This document shows positions 1 through 12,305 of a DNA stretch of 60,000 nt, in pieces. Each line of letters starts with the position of its first letter. Positions within the stretch are counted from its first letter, which is position 1. The notes beneath the pieces are model-generated. The model saw nothing but the letters and a program-made list of their open reading frames with translations. It had not been told where the DNA came from and did no database searches. Position numbers and translations under genes: made by a program. This DNA is from Lytechinus pictus (taxonomy: Eukaryota), in NCBI RefSeq assembly GCF_037042905.1, contig NC_087245.1, positions 21,206,001 through 21,266,000 of the forward strand. The letters are read 5' to 3'.

Positions 1-377
1 AAAAATTCTGCAAGAGAAAATTACTACACTGCTGTTATTTAATATCTCTTTGACCCTTTTGATCAACATACATGTATTACTATCATAGGCAAGGATAGTG
101 TATTCCAGATGAAGTTTGTCTCCTGGATCAGAGAGTCTCTGATGCCATTCGCCTCTACTACAACTTCAATGTGTTACAATTGAATTTAAGCCTGGTTTTT
201 AATGAATGTGTGTGGGTGGAGCACAGGCTTACTCAACAAAAGCAATAATGGGGGGGGGGAATGTTATGGAATTTTTCTGGGTGATATCTGCCCCCCCCTT
301 GATTTTCAAAGCTTAACATTTATAAAAGTATTTTCCAAGCATTTTTGATTGATTTTGTATACAGGGTTCGCGACTAA

Positions 378-930
378 ATCCCAGTGCACACTATGCGACA
401 CGACAGTTGTCAATCGCATCCCAGTGCAATCACATCGCAGGCCAGCTCAAACATTGCAACAGCTCTGCAGTGCGCTGCATCTCATGACATCTTTTCTTTT
501 GCATGTATGCTGTCTGCGCTGCAAAGTGTAGCGAATTGGACATGACGCAATCTTCTAGGATAGATCTGATTGGCTAAAGTTAGCAAAATCGCAGAAAGAT
601 TTGACAGTCAAATGTCTGAGATTTTATCTATGATCTTAATGCAACAAAGCGGAACGCAGTTGCAGCGCGCTGTAGGTTGGCGGCTTGGCGCACATTCTGT
701 GATTTTGTTGCGATCGGATCTTGATGTAATTGCGTTGCATAGTGTGTGCTGGTGGGTGTTTCATAAAGCTGTTCGTAAGTTATGAGCGACTTTAAGAACA
801 ACTGGTGAACCTTTCTTACCCGCTAAACCATTGTCAATGGTGTATATCATTTACCAAAAGAAAGGATCACCATTCGTTCTTAAAGTCGCTCTTATCTTAC
901 GAACAGCTTTATGAAACACCCACCTGGACT
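378..930. mobile_element. Degenerate MITE, PIF/Harbinger-like (TAA target duplication)
   Basis: Left end ATCCCAGTGCACACTATGCGAC. Right end GTTGCATAGTGTGTGCTG..GACT is interrupted by a younger MITE. TAA at 375-377 and 931-933. Confidence 0.65.
752..923. mobile_element. Palindromic MITE, Harbinger-like (CTG target duplication)
   Basis: Near-perfect long inverted arms GTGGGTGTTTCATAAAGCTGTTCGTAAG / CTTACGAACAGCTTTATGAAACACCCAC. CTG at 749-751 and 924-926. Confidence 0.9.
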
Positions 931-933
931 TAA

Positions 934-1434
934 CTAATATGCTTTTCACACTGCATTTCCTTAACCCCATACTATCCTTAACCCCGGACTATCCTTAACC
1001 CCATACTATCTTTTTTTCGATTCACACTGTCTTTCTTAACCCCATACTATCTGCTCAGCCGGGGATAATGCCTTAACCCCGGAATATCCCTCAGCTCATG
1101 AATATTGATGATTTTACCATACAGAGCGTGATTAACGTGCAATTCGACTTCCGTGATTGGCTTATGCTTAGCCCCACCTTCCTTAGCCCTTTTTTCGTTT
1201 TCACACTGCATCTCTTAGCACCGCAATTGTGGTGCTAGAGCCGGCTAACCCTGCTTTTTTGCAGGGCCAGATAGTACCGTACTATTTACCGTGCTAACCC
1301 ACTTTGCTAAAACGTAGTGTGAAAACGAAGTGGGCTAAGCTAACCCCGGGAAATTGGTGGGGCTAAGACCCCCCCTTAGCCCCACCAATTTCCCGGGGTT
1401 AAGGAAAAAAAGTGCAGTGTGAAAAGCATATTAG
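934..1434. mobile_element. MITE with 22-bp perfect terminal inverted repeats and internal CTTAACCCC subrepeats
   Basis: CTAATATGCTTTTCACACTGCA at 934 is the exact reverse complement of TGCAGTGTGAAAAGCATATTAG ending at 1434. Repeated CTTAACCCC(A/G) units; internal hairpin at 1341-1401. Confidence 0.88.
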
Positions 1435-1844
1435 AGGACTCACTAAAGAAATTAAGCTACATGTAGCTCAGCATGTACATTTTAATACTAGAGGTCCCTA
1501 GCTACATGTAGACCCTGTTTTTCTCTCTGCCTGATAGATCATAGTTCCCAAGACCTTGTATTCACTTCCTTTCATGAGGCACGTCCATGTGATATTATAA
1601 TTTGAGTTTGAGCGTCCCCCCCCCCCTCCCCCACAGCCCCCCTGGTGCCCTACATGTATGTCTGAGCAGAGCAGTGCTCTCTTGTCTGCAAATAGATCTA
1701 CTGCACAGGTGATTCTTCATAATTTTAAAAAAATGTCTGCCAAAGGCAAAGCCCAAGAACAATATCTGGCTAATATTTGGACTGCGCTGAACATTAGTGC
1801 AAGTCAAACTCTGAAAGAGCTGAACCTGTTGCTGGAACATACTC

Positions 1845-2125
1845 AATTCAATTTTCAATTCAATTTGATTTTTTTTTTTTTCACTTTCAGATAATGAACA
1901 TAACAACAAACACATAAAGCAGAATAAACGCCATAATAGATACTTCAGAGTTACAAATAATATACAAAAGTGATCAGTAAATACATAAGTCGTAGTTTAA
2001 ATTCAAACACATTTTGATAATAAAAAAATTGAAAATTACAGGTCACACTCACAGTTAAGATTGAAAATGAAAATAAGGGACTAGGGACTTATTAAAAGCA
2101 AAGCTTGTATTGGTAAGCCCCTCTG
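1845..2125 (-). mobile_element. LINE 3'-end fragment (CR1/L2 group)
   Basis: Stem-loop containing ACAAGCTTTGCTT at 2083-2122, T-rich 3'UTR and (TTGAA)n-like tail at ~1845-1867. Confidence 0.7.
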
Positions 2126-2408
2126 CTAGGCTCTGGAAATAAATAGTGATTTTATTTCTTTAATCAAGCATAAGCAATTAACAGTAGGGTAGGGTATATG
2201 ATCAATTTTAACATAGGGAGGGGGTCTACACATGTAGGCCTACCGCTACCGGTATATCTTTTCTAAATGTTGCAACATTTGAAGGAATTAGTTTATAATA
2301 TCAGATGACACAAGAAACCCTTCAACATTGTAAATGTTCATTTCTAACTATTTTGATCAGTGTCAGTGAGTGGCGCAGAAGATTTAACATTAACTTCATG
2401 ACCTGCCA

Positions 2409-3218
2409 GGGTGGTATTCTGAGATCCATTTTATCTCAGATAAATTAAAATATTTTATCTCCATTAAAATAAGTGAGATAAAATATCCTTAAAATCTCTC
2501 CGAATTGGTATTCTGAGAACAATTTCATCTTCATTTTATCTCTGTAAGACACTCCTATTTTTTAATCAATATCCAATTAGAAACACGCTTTGATAGTTCT
2601 CTCATATCACTCAACCAATGGAAATCCATTCCGCCAGGAGGTGTGGTAAAGGAGTGAGATTGCGTCAATTTATTGACTTCAAATACGCTTGCACTATACG
2701 CTTGCGCATCTTTACAGAGATTTCTTTGAAAAAATGACAATACTCTAAACTTCTTTTTTGAAATCTATATCGCATCTTTTCAATCATCATTTCAAAGACA
2801 ATATTAGTCAAGAAAAGTCTCATGAAATACTTCCTGATTGTACAGGAATAATGTTAAGGTGTTATTCTCATATAATCTATATTTTCTTCATTTTCATGTC
2901 AACATTTGGAGTTAATTCACCTAGAAATAATTATGAAATTAACGTCGTGGGGATAAAATAGCCCATACCCTCTTTTAATTTTATTTTATATTTTCTTCAA
3001 AGTAACATGGGCGCAAGCACATCATCCGCGTTGCAATGGCCACATACGCGATGGGTATGTCTACGCAGGTACTTCTCTGTTGCGTATCAGACTGTAGATA
3101 CTTAAGATAAAATTCAAAATTTTATCTGAGAGATAAAATGTCATCTCAGAATACCAATTTCATTTTAAGAGATAAAATAAAATATTTAAAAGATAAAATG
3201 ACCTCAGAATACCGCCCC
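2409..3218. mobile_element. Non-autonomous DNA transposon, Harbinger-like
   Basis: TIRs GGGTGGTATTCTGAGATCCATTTTATCT / AGATAAAATGACCTCAGAATACCGCCC, repeated subterminally; CWG flanks. Confidence 0.8.
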
Positions 3219-4479
3219 TGAGTGATGTGGTGTCCATGCCATGCCATGGGCCTGGCATGGGCATGGCCATGACCACCCACGGCTACATCTCAGCCGCCGA
3301 CTACAGAATAATTGAAGGCACGGCGCATTCAACAAATAACGTTAATTTACGAAAAATTAATACGAGGACTTACAGAATGAAGTCCTCCTACGAAACTTAC
3401 GAAACGATGTGAAGTCAATTCCTCATAATTTGATGAATATCCCTCAAAATGCGTCATAATTTAAGCGTTGATTTTTCTTCTCGTTGACAAAATACGAGAG
3501 CTACCTTTCTAGCTCTCAAATTTTTCGTCTAATGAGCGAAAGAGGGCGCGCGATTTATCTTCATATCAAAGACACTACAATTGAAAGACTAGACACAGAA
3601 ATTATCTTACACGTAAATCGATGCAAAGCGTTACGCGAAGTCGGCAAAGTGTTCAATCTTTTTACTGTAAAGACTTTGGTGGAACGTTAATTGACAAACG
3701 AACGGTAGCACTTGCGGGGCTTTGTTCAAGGTACATAGAATTTTCTATATTTTTTGTTTAATTTGTCATCGTTTTGAATATTTTCCAAAAAGTATTATCG
3801 TCAGCAAAAATAATAAAAAAGTACGTTTTTTAAGTTACTAGTATTGCATTTATTGGGGTCTCTATTTAATCAAACAATTATTGGAATTGCGCATACAATG
3901 AATCATGAATCTAGTTTTAAAAATACCACCAAGCTAAATTAAGGTTGTGTTCAAATTGTATTAGCGCCACCAACGACCTTCTTTTTATTTCCGTGGAAGA
4001 GACGTGCGAAGCCACTTTCCAGGCGGAGGTAAGCGATTTTGCTCTTTTTTGTGTCCTTTTTTAAATTAAAAAAATATGTTAAAAATTGATAATGGAACGC
4101 TTTCTACCAGAAAAAGCCCTGGTGAGTAGCGGAATGGGTTTCGGCTAACATCATTCACGTTATGAAGCGATGTTAACGACAACTCTAAAATCCACTACAA
4201 AAACACGTTGGTTGTGCGAGGTTCGTATAGCATATATACTAACCTCGCAATAGTGTGACGTGAGTGGGCCATGGCACAGTGAAAATATTATTATTAATAT
4301 TACTGAGTGACTAGAAGTTAAACTAAAGTTTAAGACCTGTTATTAATCAAACCTCAGTCCAATTTAATGGAGCACAGGGATACATGTTATTAAATTCCCC
4401 AAATCGGCTAAATCCAATGAAATACTTGATCATATATATATATGAAACGTCAATAATGAACTTGCTGAGCAAACTTTGA

Positions 4480-4925
4480 GAAGCAGCGGTGCAAGTCTAC
4501 CACGGTCCGGATTACAGCAAGCGGATCCCCGACCGCGCCCCACACAGCTACTCGTCCGCTTCCGACTCCCTCAAAAGGGATCCTGCAAAAAAAAAACTTT
4601 CATAATCACGACCTCTCATGAACCCAAAAAACTTATTTTTTGTAAAATTATACCTTGTCCTTGATTATCTCCCATCTTGGAAAACACTTCACTACGCTCT
4701 GTGTGATGTTATAAATTCACTTCGGTGAAAAAGGTGGAAAACAGAGTGCAATCCAGAACGAAATTTACATTGGCCGCTCTCTCCTCGACGCTACGCCTGA
4801 TCGATCGGTTGCAGCTTTGCGATCGCTAGTCTTGGCTTCAGCCGCTCTAGCGCTAGTTAACCGGGCCGGGCTGCGTAGCGAGCAGCGCATTAGCTGATTT
4901 GGTGGGCGTGGTCGTCTGATCAAGC
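4480..4925 (-). promoter_or_regulatory. CpG-rich promoter or first-exon region of an unidentified leftward transcript
   Basis: High CpG density, GC-box-like GGGCGTGG near 4904, CAAGATGG at 4679-4672, and a 71-nt GT-AG intron (4653-4583) with a poly-T acceptor. Confidence 0.45.
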
Positions 4926-4980
4926 TTTATGATATTTATTAAATATGGAAGTAAAAAAGCAGGGAGGAGGAGGAGGCCCA

Positions 4981-5088
4981 GGGGCCCGTTTCATAAAGAG
5001 TTACAAATATTGTAACTTTGCCATTAGTGGTAACCTTGATTTTAATTGGCTGCTGGGCCCTGTTGCCATGGTAGTTGAAACGGGCCCC
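4981..5088. mobile_element. Short, internally deleted MITE, Harbinger-like
   Basis: 13-bp perfect TIR GGGGCCCGTTTCA / TGAAACGGGCCCC. Confidence 0.8.
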
Positions 5089-5815
5089 AAGGTGGAAGGG
5101 AGGAGAGGGTGAGGGGTGATGTGAGGGCGGCAGAAAGGGAGATATCTTCATCATCCTTCCTCCTCTACTTTTTTCCCACTATATCCATCAATTTCCTCAT
5201 TTTAAGCCTGTTTGATTCCTTTACCTCCATCACTAGCCCCTATTCATTCTCCCACCCGGTCTCCCACCTCCGTCGATCTCTTCACTGACTTGCTCATCCT
5301 CAAGTTCCCTACTAAAATAAATTTTTACCTTTAGGCGTTATTCTTTTAGGCCCACCCAAAGGGTGGGCCTATATCATCCCGGCCGGGGGGCACCAGTATG
5401 TGTGGCTCTTAACCCCCCTTAAGCCTTTTCATTAACAAACCGATGCCATGTCAAGTTCCAGCTCCCAAGTACCCCAATCGTGGAGGGCCATCAAATTCTT
5501 AAGCCCCTCATTTTCTAGCAACTTCAAGGATGGTTTTAGATTTTGGGGCTGCACACCCCACCCTTTCAAAATCCAAGTGCCCCCACAGGCTCTATCAAAT
5601 GTGCGGCTCACTTTCGCTAAAGGGCTGACTTTTTTTCGCCCTTTTTTGTCGCTGCATAAATTAAAGCCGGAATAGAGACATCATACTCTTTTTACACCCT
5701 AATTAATAATGATTGACAATGAATTTGGCAGCGGCAGTGCAATCCCGTCTGAACTAAATGTCTATTTGACCCGCAAGTCATCCTTTTTCATTACTCTAAT
5801 AAGCATGCATGTACC

Positions 5816-6869
5816 CAGGGGCGGATCCAGCTTTCGCCAATAGGGGGGGCCGAAAAATATTTTCATCAACATTTTTCTAGATTGGACGCTATAATCTGAA
5901 TTTTTGTTGGTTTTTCAGGGGGTAGTCCTAAAAAGACTGAAATTTTAAGTATATGTTAATTTTTATTGTTATAAACAAGATAAGGTATTTCATGTGGTCT
6001 TAATATATAATGCGAGCGCAAGCGCGAGCTTAAATTCTTTGATATTTTATGTCTATAGACCTGAAGTTTCTGAGGAGATTTTATAATCATGAAAAAAATA
6101 TAAGTATCCAACTGAACAATGCGAGCGCGAAGCGCGAGCCGAAATTTTATTATAATAACGTGAAAAGGGACTCAATTAGGACCGTTTTTTAGTGATTAAT
6201 GAAGAGGATACAAGTATCACCAATTAAATAAAGAGAGTGCGAAGTGCGAGCTCAAAAATTGTGTTATTCCGACCTGAAAACTGGACAGTCTAAGCGCGTT
6301 TTTATTTAAATAAAGAACAATTAAGCTGTGTGTCTCAAACAATTAAATGCGAGCTCGAAGTACGAGCTTATTTTTTTGATATACTGACATGATAAAGGAG
6401 CATTTTGACAAATTTTTGTAAGAATTTCCAAAGAGGATAGGTAACTCACAATTCAAACAATGCGAGCGCGCAGCGGGAGCTGAAAATTTTGATATATATA
6501 AAAAATTTGTGTAAATCAAACAAAATAATGAAAGCTTGATGTGCGAGCTAAAATATTGTATGCAAATCGATTTCAGTACTGGATATATAAGTGCCATTTA
6601 GTCCTCTTGAATGGGATTCATTACACAGGCAATGCGAGCGCGAAGCGCGAGCGAATTTTTTTATATAAAGTCTATTTTCCAATTCGATCCCCTCACCTTT
6701 TCTTGTTTCCTTTCGGCCGGGATCGGGCCGGCCGTTACGAGGCTGTAAATTACACATCATGGGTATGATACCTCTTTCTTACTTTTCTTTTCTGCACACT
6801 TTTTTCTGCAGGTTGTCAAAAAATAGGGGGGGCCGGGGCCGGCTCGGCCCCCTCCTGGATCCGCGCCTG
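5816..6869. mobile_element. Non-autonomous hAT-like transposon with 6-bp target duplication and internal ~110-bp tandem units
   Basis: TIR CAGGGGCGGATCCAG / CTGGATCCGCGCCTG; TGTACC at 5810-5815 and 6870-6875; about 7 copies of a GCGAGCGCGAAGCGCGAGC-type motif. Confidence 0.88.
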
Positions 6870-6934
6870 TGTACCCCACCCTCACTAAGCCCCCCCCCAA
6901 ATGTATATAGTGTGTGTGTGTAATACAATATCAG

Positions 6935-7057
6935 GGGACCGTTTAGATCTGACAACTTTCCTTGATGCTGATTGGCTGAGAGGCACTGTTACTATGGCAA
7001 CTGCCGGATAAAACAGTACTAGTAGGATAAAAAAAAGTCCTTTCATGAAAAGCTCCC
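6935..7057. mobile_element. MITE, Harbinger-like (CAG target duplication)
   Basis: Ends GGGACCGTTT / ATGAAAAGCTCCC; CAG at 6932-6934 and 7058-7060; internal GATTGGCTG..GTTACTATGG core resembles the 4981-5088 element. Confidence 0.7.
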
Positions 7058-8618
7058 CAGCTAGGTTTTTCTGATTCAGCACTTGTTGTCTGACAAGTTG
7101 TCAAATTTGACATCCTTTGATTTTGAGTGACTGTGAAGCACAAGTGTCTGATAATATGGTAATTATAAAACAAAAGACCACAGTAGAGATACGTGTCTCT
7201 ATATAGTTTAGTGCAACCATAGAGATGTATAACCTATGTAGGTCTATCTGACCCTACCGACAGGTAGAAATAGAGTCGATGAAAGGGGGCGCTCTTTCAA
7301 ATATAGTTCTGAGTGACCTTTACGTTCGCCGGTTGTCGTTTGGCATATATGATTTTTGTATCGAGGCATATTTTGTATTATGCCAACCTCCCCCCCCCCC
7401 TTCTCGCTCTCTCTCTCCCCATCTCTTTCTGTCTTTCTCCTTTACCACCCCCTCTCTGTCTTTGGTCCTCCCTCTGTTCATAATTATTCTGTGAATTAAG
7501 TGTGGTGTTGAGGCTTACTTAAAAAACAATGCGCAAACTGTATATTGTTCATTATGAAAATAATGGTTGAAAATATCTTACAGTAGGACTTGGGCATAAT
7601 ACTACTGTCGTGCTGTCGTAGCTATTTTTCAATACGAAAATGGAAAAGCGTTGTTCTCATGCACTCGAGATTGCCGCCCATGGTTAAAGAGACCTATGTT
7701 TGCTTATACTTAGGGTTGGTTAATATATGCACAAGTTACATAATCGATATTTGTTTGTATGGAGCAATGACCAGTAAAAGTTCATTAAGATAATGGAAAC
7801 AAGATATAATATTCCATTTGCTCGGACCACAACATTACTGATTTGAAAAAATTAGCGCATAAGCCTATACGCAGTACTTTGGAGGAAGGTAATATTTATT
7901 ACTTATCCCAAGATCATTCGTTGGATATTTTCATTCCTTTTTTTTTTTCGACTGGTGATAGTCAAGTTGCTGTAATTATAAGCTATTAGCCTCCTGATAA
8001 AAAAAAAATCAGACATCACTTACTGTCGCCAACCATCCCCTAGCTCACATGCAAAAAAAAAAAACCAACTGAAACAAACAAACGAAAAAAGGTATACAAA
8101 ATTGGTGCATGTATAAGTTATTCATATGCGAGAAGACGGGTGGTTGTGGTGGGGGGCTGGTTCGGGAAATGCTGGATCTAGGGAGGGCCCCCGAGCCCCT
8201 CCCCCAAGCAAAAATGAACAACAGATAAGAGGGAGTATTTTCCTTTTTAGTTATAGTCCCATACGTCGAAAGAGCTGAACGTCAGAAACGAAATTGCTGT
8301 TCCCTTGAAATATATATTTCTAGAACTGATATCATGAAAAAAGATCACTTAAATGACCCACTACAACCAACTCTGAGTGAATGTCAAAATCTACATCATA
8401 ACAAAGGGCTTGAGTTCTCGCATTTTCTCATAGACCCAACTGATATTGTGGCCTCCACTTCCTAAGCCCATCAGACGTACTTCGGTTGTCTAGTTTCAAA
8501 ATAATCGAACAGATTAAACAAAACAAACAATATAGGCCTATCCCTAGAAAAGACAACACTTTTCATTTCGAATAAAATAGTAGATTGTTTTAAGTTATAT
8601 CCGGAGTTATATACTCAC

Positions 8619-8890
8619 TTTCTTTCGGTTGGAGAGCTTCAAAGGCGATGGAGATGTCATCGCCGAACGACGATGTTCGAGGTCGGAAACAATTCATGAT
8701 TGTCTGATCCGTTGATTCATGAAGACGACGACCATGCACATTAATTTGTCTTGATAAATACAGTCACAATAAGACTTGTACTGATTTCAGAAGAGTTGAG
8801 ACGAAAAATCAATAATTCAGAAACAACCTTTCTCGTTCACTTCTGGGGTCTCCTTGCAGCTTGAACGGCGACAGCACACAACTGCGAGCC
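8619..8890 (-). other. Candidate first exon of an unidentified minus-strand transcript
   Basis: CpG-rich segment ending in a consensus donor AAA|gtgagt at 8618. ATG at 8697 gives MNCFRPRTSSFGDDISIAFEALQPKE (phase 1). Confidence 0.35.
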
Positions 8891-9550
8891 TTCAATGATA
8901 AGGGCGTAATATTAACCTCAAGTGGTGTATCAGATTCTACAATGTTATCAAGGGTGTTGGCACAGACCTAATGCAAACCAGACTTGGCGTAATACTGCTC
9001 CTTATCTACCATTCGTGGTTTAAACCAGGGGCAAACCACGCCAAAAACGAAGCTACAGATTTTGACATCCAAATATGTTCAAAATGCAATCGAATGCCTT
9101 TTATAATCCTAATCAACATATAGGTGTGTGAGCTTTCTAAAATACATTATGCAATTGCAGTACGAAGGTTAATCTCTGCTCAATGAAAACAAACTATTAA
9201 CTGGAATTTTCTTATCACAAATAACTAGACCATAATATTACAACAAGGTAAATCTGGTGTCCCTGTATGAAAAAGCATACATGTATGATGAATCTTTTAG
9301 GCCTATTTAATAACAAATCTTATCAATCAAAATTTGAAATATACCATTCACATTGCATTGCTTTTGTAAAAAAGGGATACAGGCTTATAATGTACTCCAT
9401 GCAGAATTCCAGGGTTAATATTTAACCATCATGTCTGGAATATAGTGCGTCATTATGTGTGTAAAGATACTTCAAAATTTTAAAAGACAAAAATCTAATC
9501 AAAGGGAATACCTTACATTGGGATGACATTGTGCATTGGTATGAGGGAGG

Positions 9551-9571
9551 GTGTGTGTGTGTGTGTGTGTG
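9551..9571. repeat. (GT)n microsatellite
   Basis: About 10 perfect GT units. Confidence 0.9.
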
Positions 9572-10599
9572 GGAGGGGGCGTATATGCATAGTTTGTGAC
9601 GATCGACCATTGTGGTGCCAAGTTACACCCAAACTTTATGTCCCCTGTCTCACTTTTGCCCCCTTTTTTGGAGGGGTCCTTAAAATCTTTCTTGTATACC
9701 CTTGCTATTCTGAACGAAAAAAAGTGTGTATTTATTCAGATTTGAATAAAACTTGAACATAATGACACAATTGAAAATTCTTTTAAAAGGTTGTCTTGTA
9801 AAAAGGGGAAACACGTGGATAAGGCGACTCTGTGATTTGAGTTTGAGCAGGCAGAATGCAAGCAGTTCTCGTTACCAGTACAGTGCTAAATTCTGTTTGT
9901 TTTCTTCATGAATGTAATTAGTAGTGACTGGACTTTGGCCTTTGGACCGCCAAGAAAGCGTCAGTGACTAATATCATAACGTGATCATTGCATGCTAGCA
10001 ATTCCAGTTAGGTTTTTTGAGAATGAAAATTATAAACATTTATGAGGCAAGACGCCAAGCTTATGAACGATATATACCAAAGGGCGGAGAGGGACTTATC
10101 TTGAACAAATGTTATCATAACTGCTTCACTGGAAAGTATTAAATCATTACCACATGGGGGATTTTTTTTCCTAAAGGGAGTAAAAAGACGTTAAAAAAAG
10201 AAAAAACATACAAGCGATCGAGGAAACAAAGAGACCATGCTAATTTGAGATATAATTTTTTTCAAATTAAAAAATTGGATGATCTGGTGCACACATCGAG
10301 GAAAATTTGTGCAATAAAACGGGAGGTTTGGGAAATTTCGACAAGGGGGTAGGGGGTGCCCCGTTGTGTAGGCTTTCTACCTGCGATTTCATGTTCAAAG
10401 TTATCCATAATTATCCATTTCATTTATTTAAAAAATCGTCTAATTTCTCTCGTTTATGTTTTCCGCTAGCATTTTTTGAGAAATAATATAATAATAACAA
10501 ATTGGTCGCACTGCGTATTACGGTTAGGCTTAATGAGAAAGACAATGCAGTTATAGGATGGAAGTGCCAGTGGTGTATATGAGCCATAATCTAGAGGGT

Positions 10600-10810
10600 A
10601 CTGAACAAATTCAAAGTTGCGAGCGATCGATAATATTGACCTTTTCCAAAACAGAATATAATTTTGTGACAGATTTTGATAAACATATTCGAGAAAAATT
10701 ATCACACTTCACTCTTTCCCCTTCTTTCCTTCTCACTTGTGTGTGTTTGGTGGGAGCGGGGGGGGGGGCGGTCAAGTGCCCCAGCCAATTCATCTGTACA
10801 CCAGTAGCCT
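10600..10810 (-). mobile_element. Degenerate fragment related to the hAT-like element at 17219-18720
   Basis: 10611-10730 (ATTTTGTGACAGATTTTGAT..CACTTCACTCT) is a diverged reverse complement of ~18455-18570 (AGAGTGAA..GTCAAAATCTATCACAAAAT). Confidence 0.55.
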
Positions 10811-11023
10811 AGAAACAGCCAAAGATGGAGAAAGTTAGAAAGGGGAAGCGTGGGAACAAAAAAATAGATTATGGAATTTATTCCAAACGGGGGAACTACC
10901 CGCATGTGACATTGACAAAATAACAATTATTTTGAGGATTTATCTTTTACCTTTTCTTAAATCTTTCTGATTTTATCAGAACATGTCTTTAAGATGACCA
11001 TAATATTATAAGTTACTGTTTAC

Positions 11024-11671
11024 AGGGGAAGTTCACCCGGACAAAAGTTTATTGTAAAAATGGCAGAAAAAGTAATAAAAACATTGCCCAAGGTTTAAGA
11101 AAAATCTATCAAAGAATAAATAAGTTATTAGAATTTCTCAGAAAATTTAAAATGGTTTTTACTGTACCTTAAGTATCGGACAAACCATTTCATACCCGTT
11201 CCGAAAAAAGAAAACAAAAATCAGCCATCACGAACCAATTATAATAATTTGTGCATTTTATATTACATAACATATGTGGGCCAGCTGATCGTTTATGACG
11301 TCACTAATCCAAAACTTAAAATTGTAATAACTTTCTTCAATTCATTTCAATTCAATTGTTTTATTTGTACACTTTCAATTTCGATTTCATATTTACAATT
11401 ATCATACAATTAACAAAGTAACATAATTATAATCACATTTGAAGTATATAAAAAAATAATAACATTACAATAGACAATTATCAAATTGAAATATAAATAA
11501 TTAAAAGGGAGGGAGGGCCAACTGAAAAGCAGAGCTTGTGTAATGTAGCCCCCCCCCCCCTGATATTGTAATTAATTCTTAATGTTAAATGGATTTTCCT
11601 CCAACCTTCACCAAGATATTTTTTTCCCTGCTATTTTTACAACAAACTTTTATTCAGGGTGAACTTCCCCT
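11024..11671. mobile_element. Kolobok-like non-autonomous transposon (TTAA target) carrying a nested LINE tail
   Basis: TIR AGGGGAAGTTCACCC / GGGTGAACTTCCCCT; TTAA at 11672-11675 and TTAC (one mismatch) at 11020-11023. Confidence 0.8.
11336..11565 (-). mobile_element. LINE 3'-end fragment inserted in the Kolobok-like element
   Basis: Stem-loop containing ACAAGCTCTGCTT at ~11508-11556, T-rich UTR, AATAAA and (TTGAA)n tail at 11336-11357. Confidence 0.72.
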
Positions 11672-12216
11672 TTAACTGCACAACTATGTTTTTTTTTTTC
11701 TGTGTGTGTCTTTCAACACATCCTACACGCACTCTCTTCCCATGTCCACGTTGCTTCTATGTCACTACATGCATGATACATTCTATTTCTGTGAATAAAC
11801 TTCGTTTTACTCACTCACACTCTTTACAAATTACACAAGATACAATTTCTTTCTACTTACACCAGTTTATTTAGTTTATTTACACGAGTCCAAAATACCT
11901 GATTGTTAAATGCAATATAAGAAGAATTCATTGATGACAATCATATTTCAACAGTTTGTTTTGTACATATAACTTTCGATATAAATATAGTTCAACAAAA
12001 AAAAACTATCATACAATATAAAAAGTATAAAGCATTATACTTTACCCTAATGATTAGGAAAATATACATATCAAACACGTAGCATTTTATAGCTAGGCTA
12101 TCGAGCTAAGTTACAGAAAAATGGGGGCCTATATTCTATTTTAACCGGATTTAAATGGGGTCAATAATTCAGAAACTTTCTTATTTCAAGAATGAACACG
12201 GTGACAGTAATGGTAT

Positions 12217-12305
12217 TGATGATGAAGAAGTTGATGATGATGATGATGATATTGATGATGATGACGATGATGGTAAAGATGATGATGATGATGATTTCGA
12301 TGATG
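12217..12305. repeat. (GAT)n imperfect microsatellite
   Basis: Run of GAT units with interruptions. Confidence 0.9.

Noticed and set aside
3320..3895. Possible MITE with GCGCATTCAACAAATAA / TTATTGGAATTGCGC ends
   Set aside because: Terminal match too degenerate and no TSD could be confirmed.
6005..6660. CRISPR-like array of GCGAGCGCGAAGCGCGAGC repeats with variable spacers
   Set aside because: Eukaryotic context, degenerate repeats, ~90-bp mutually related spacers, no cas genes, and enclosed by transposon TIRs and a TSD.
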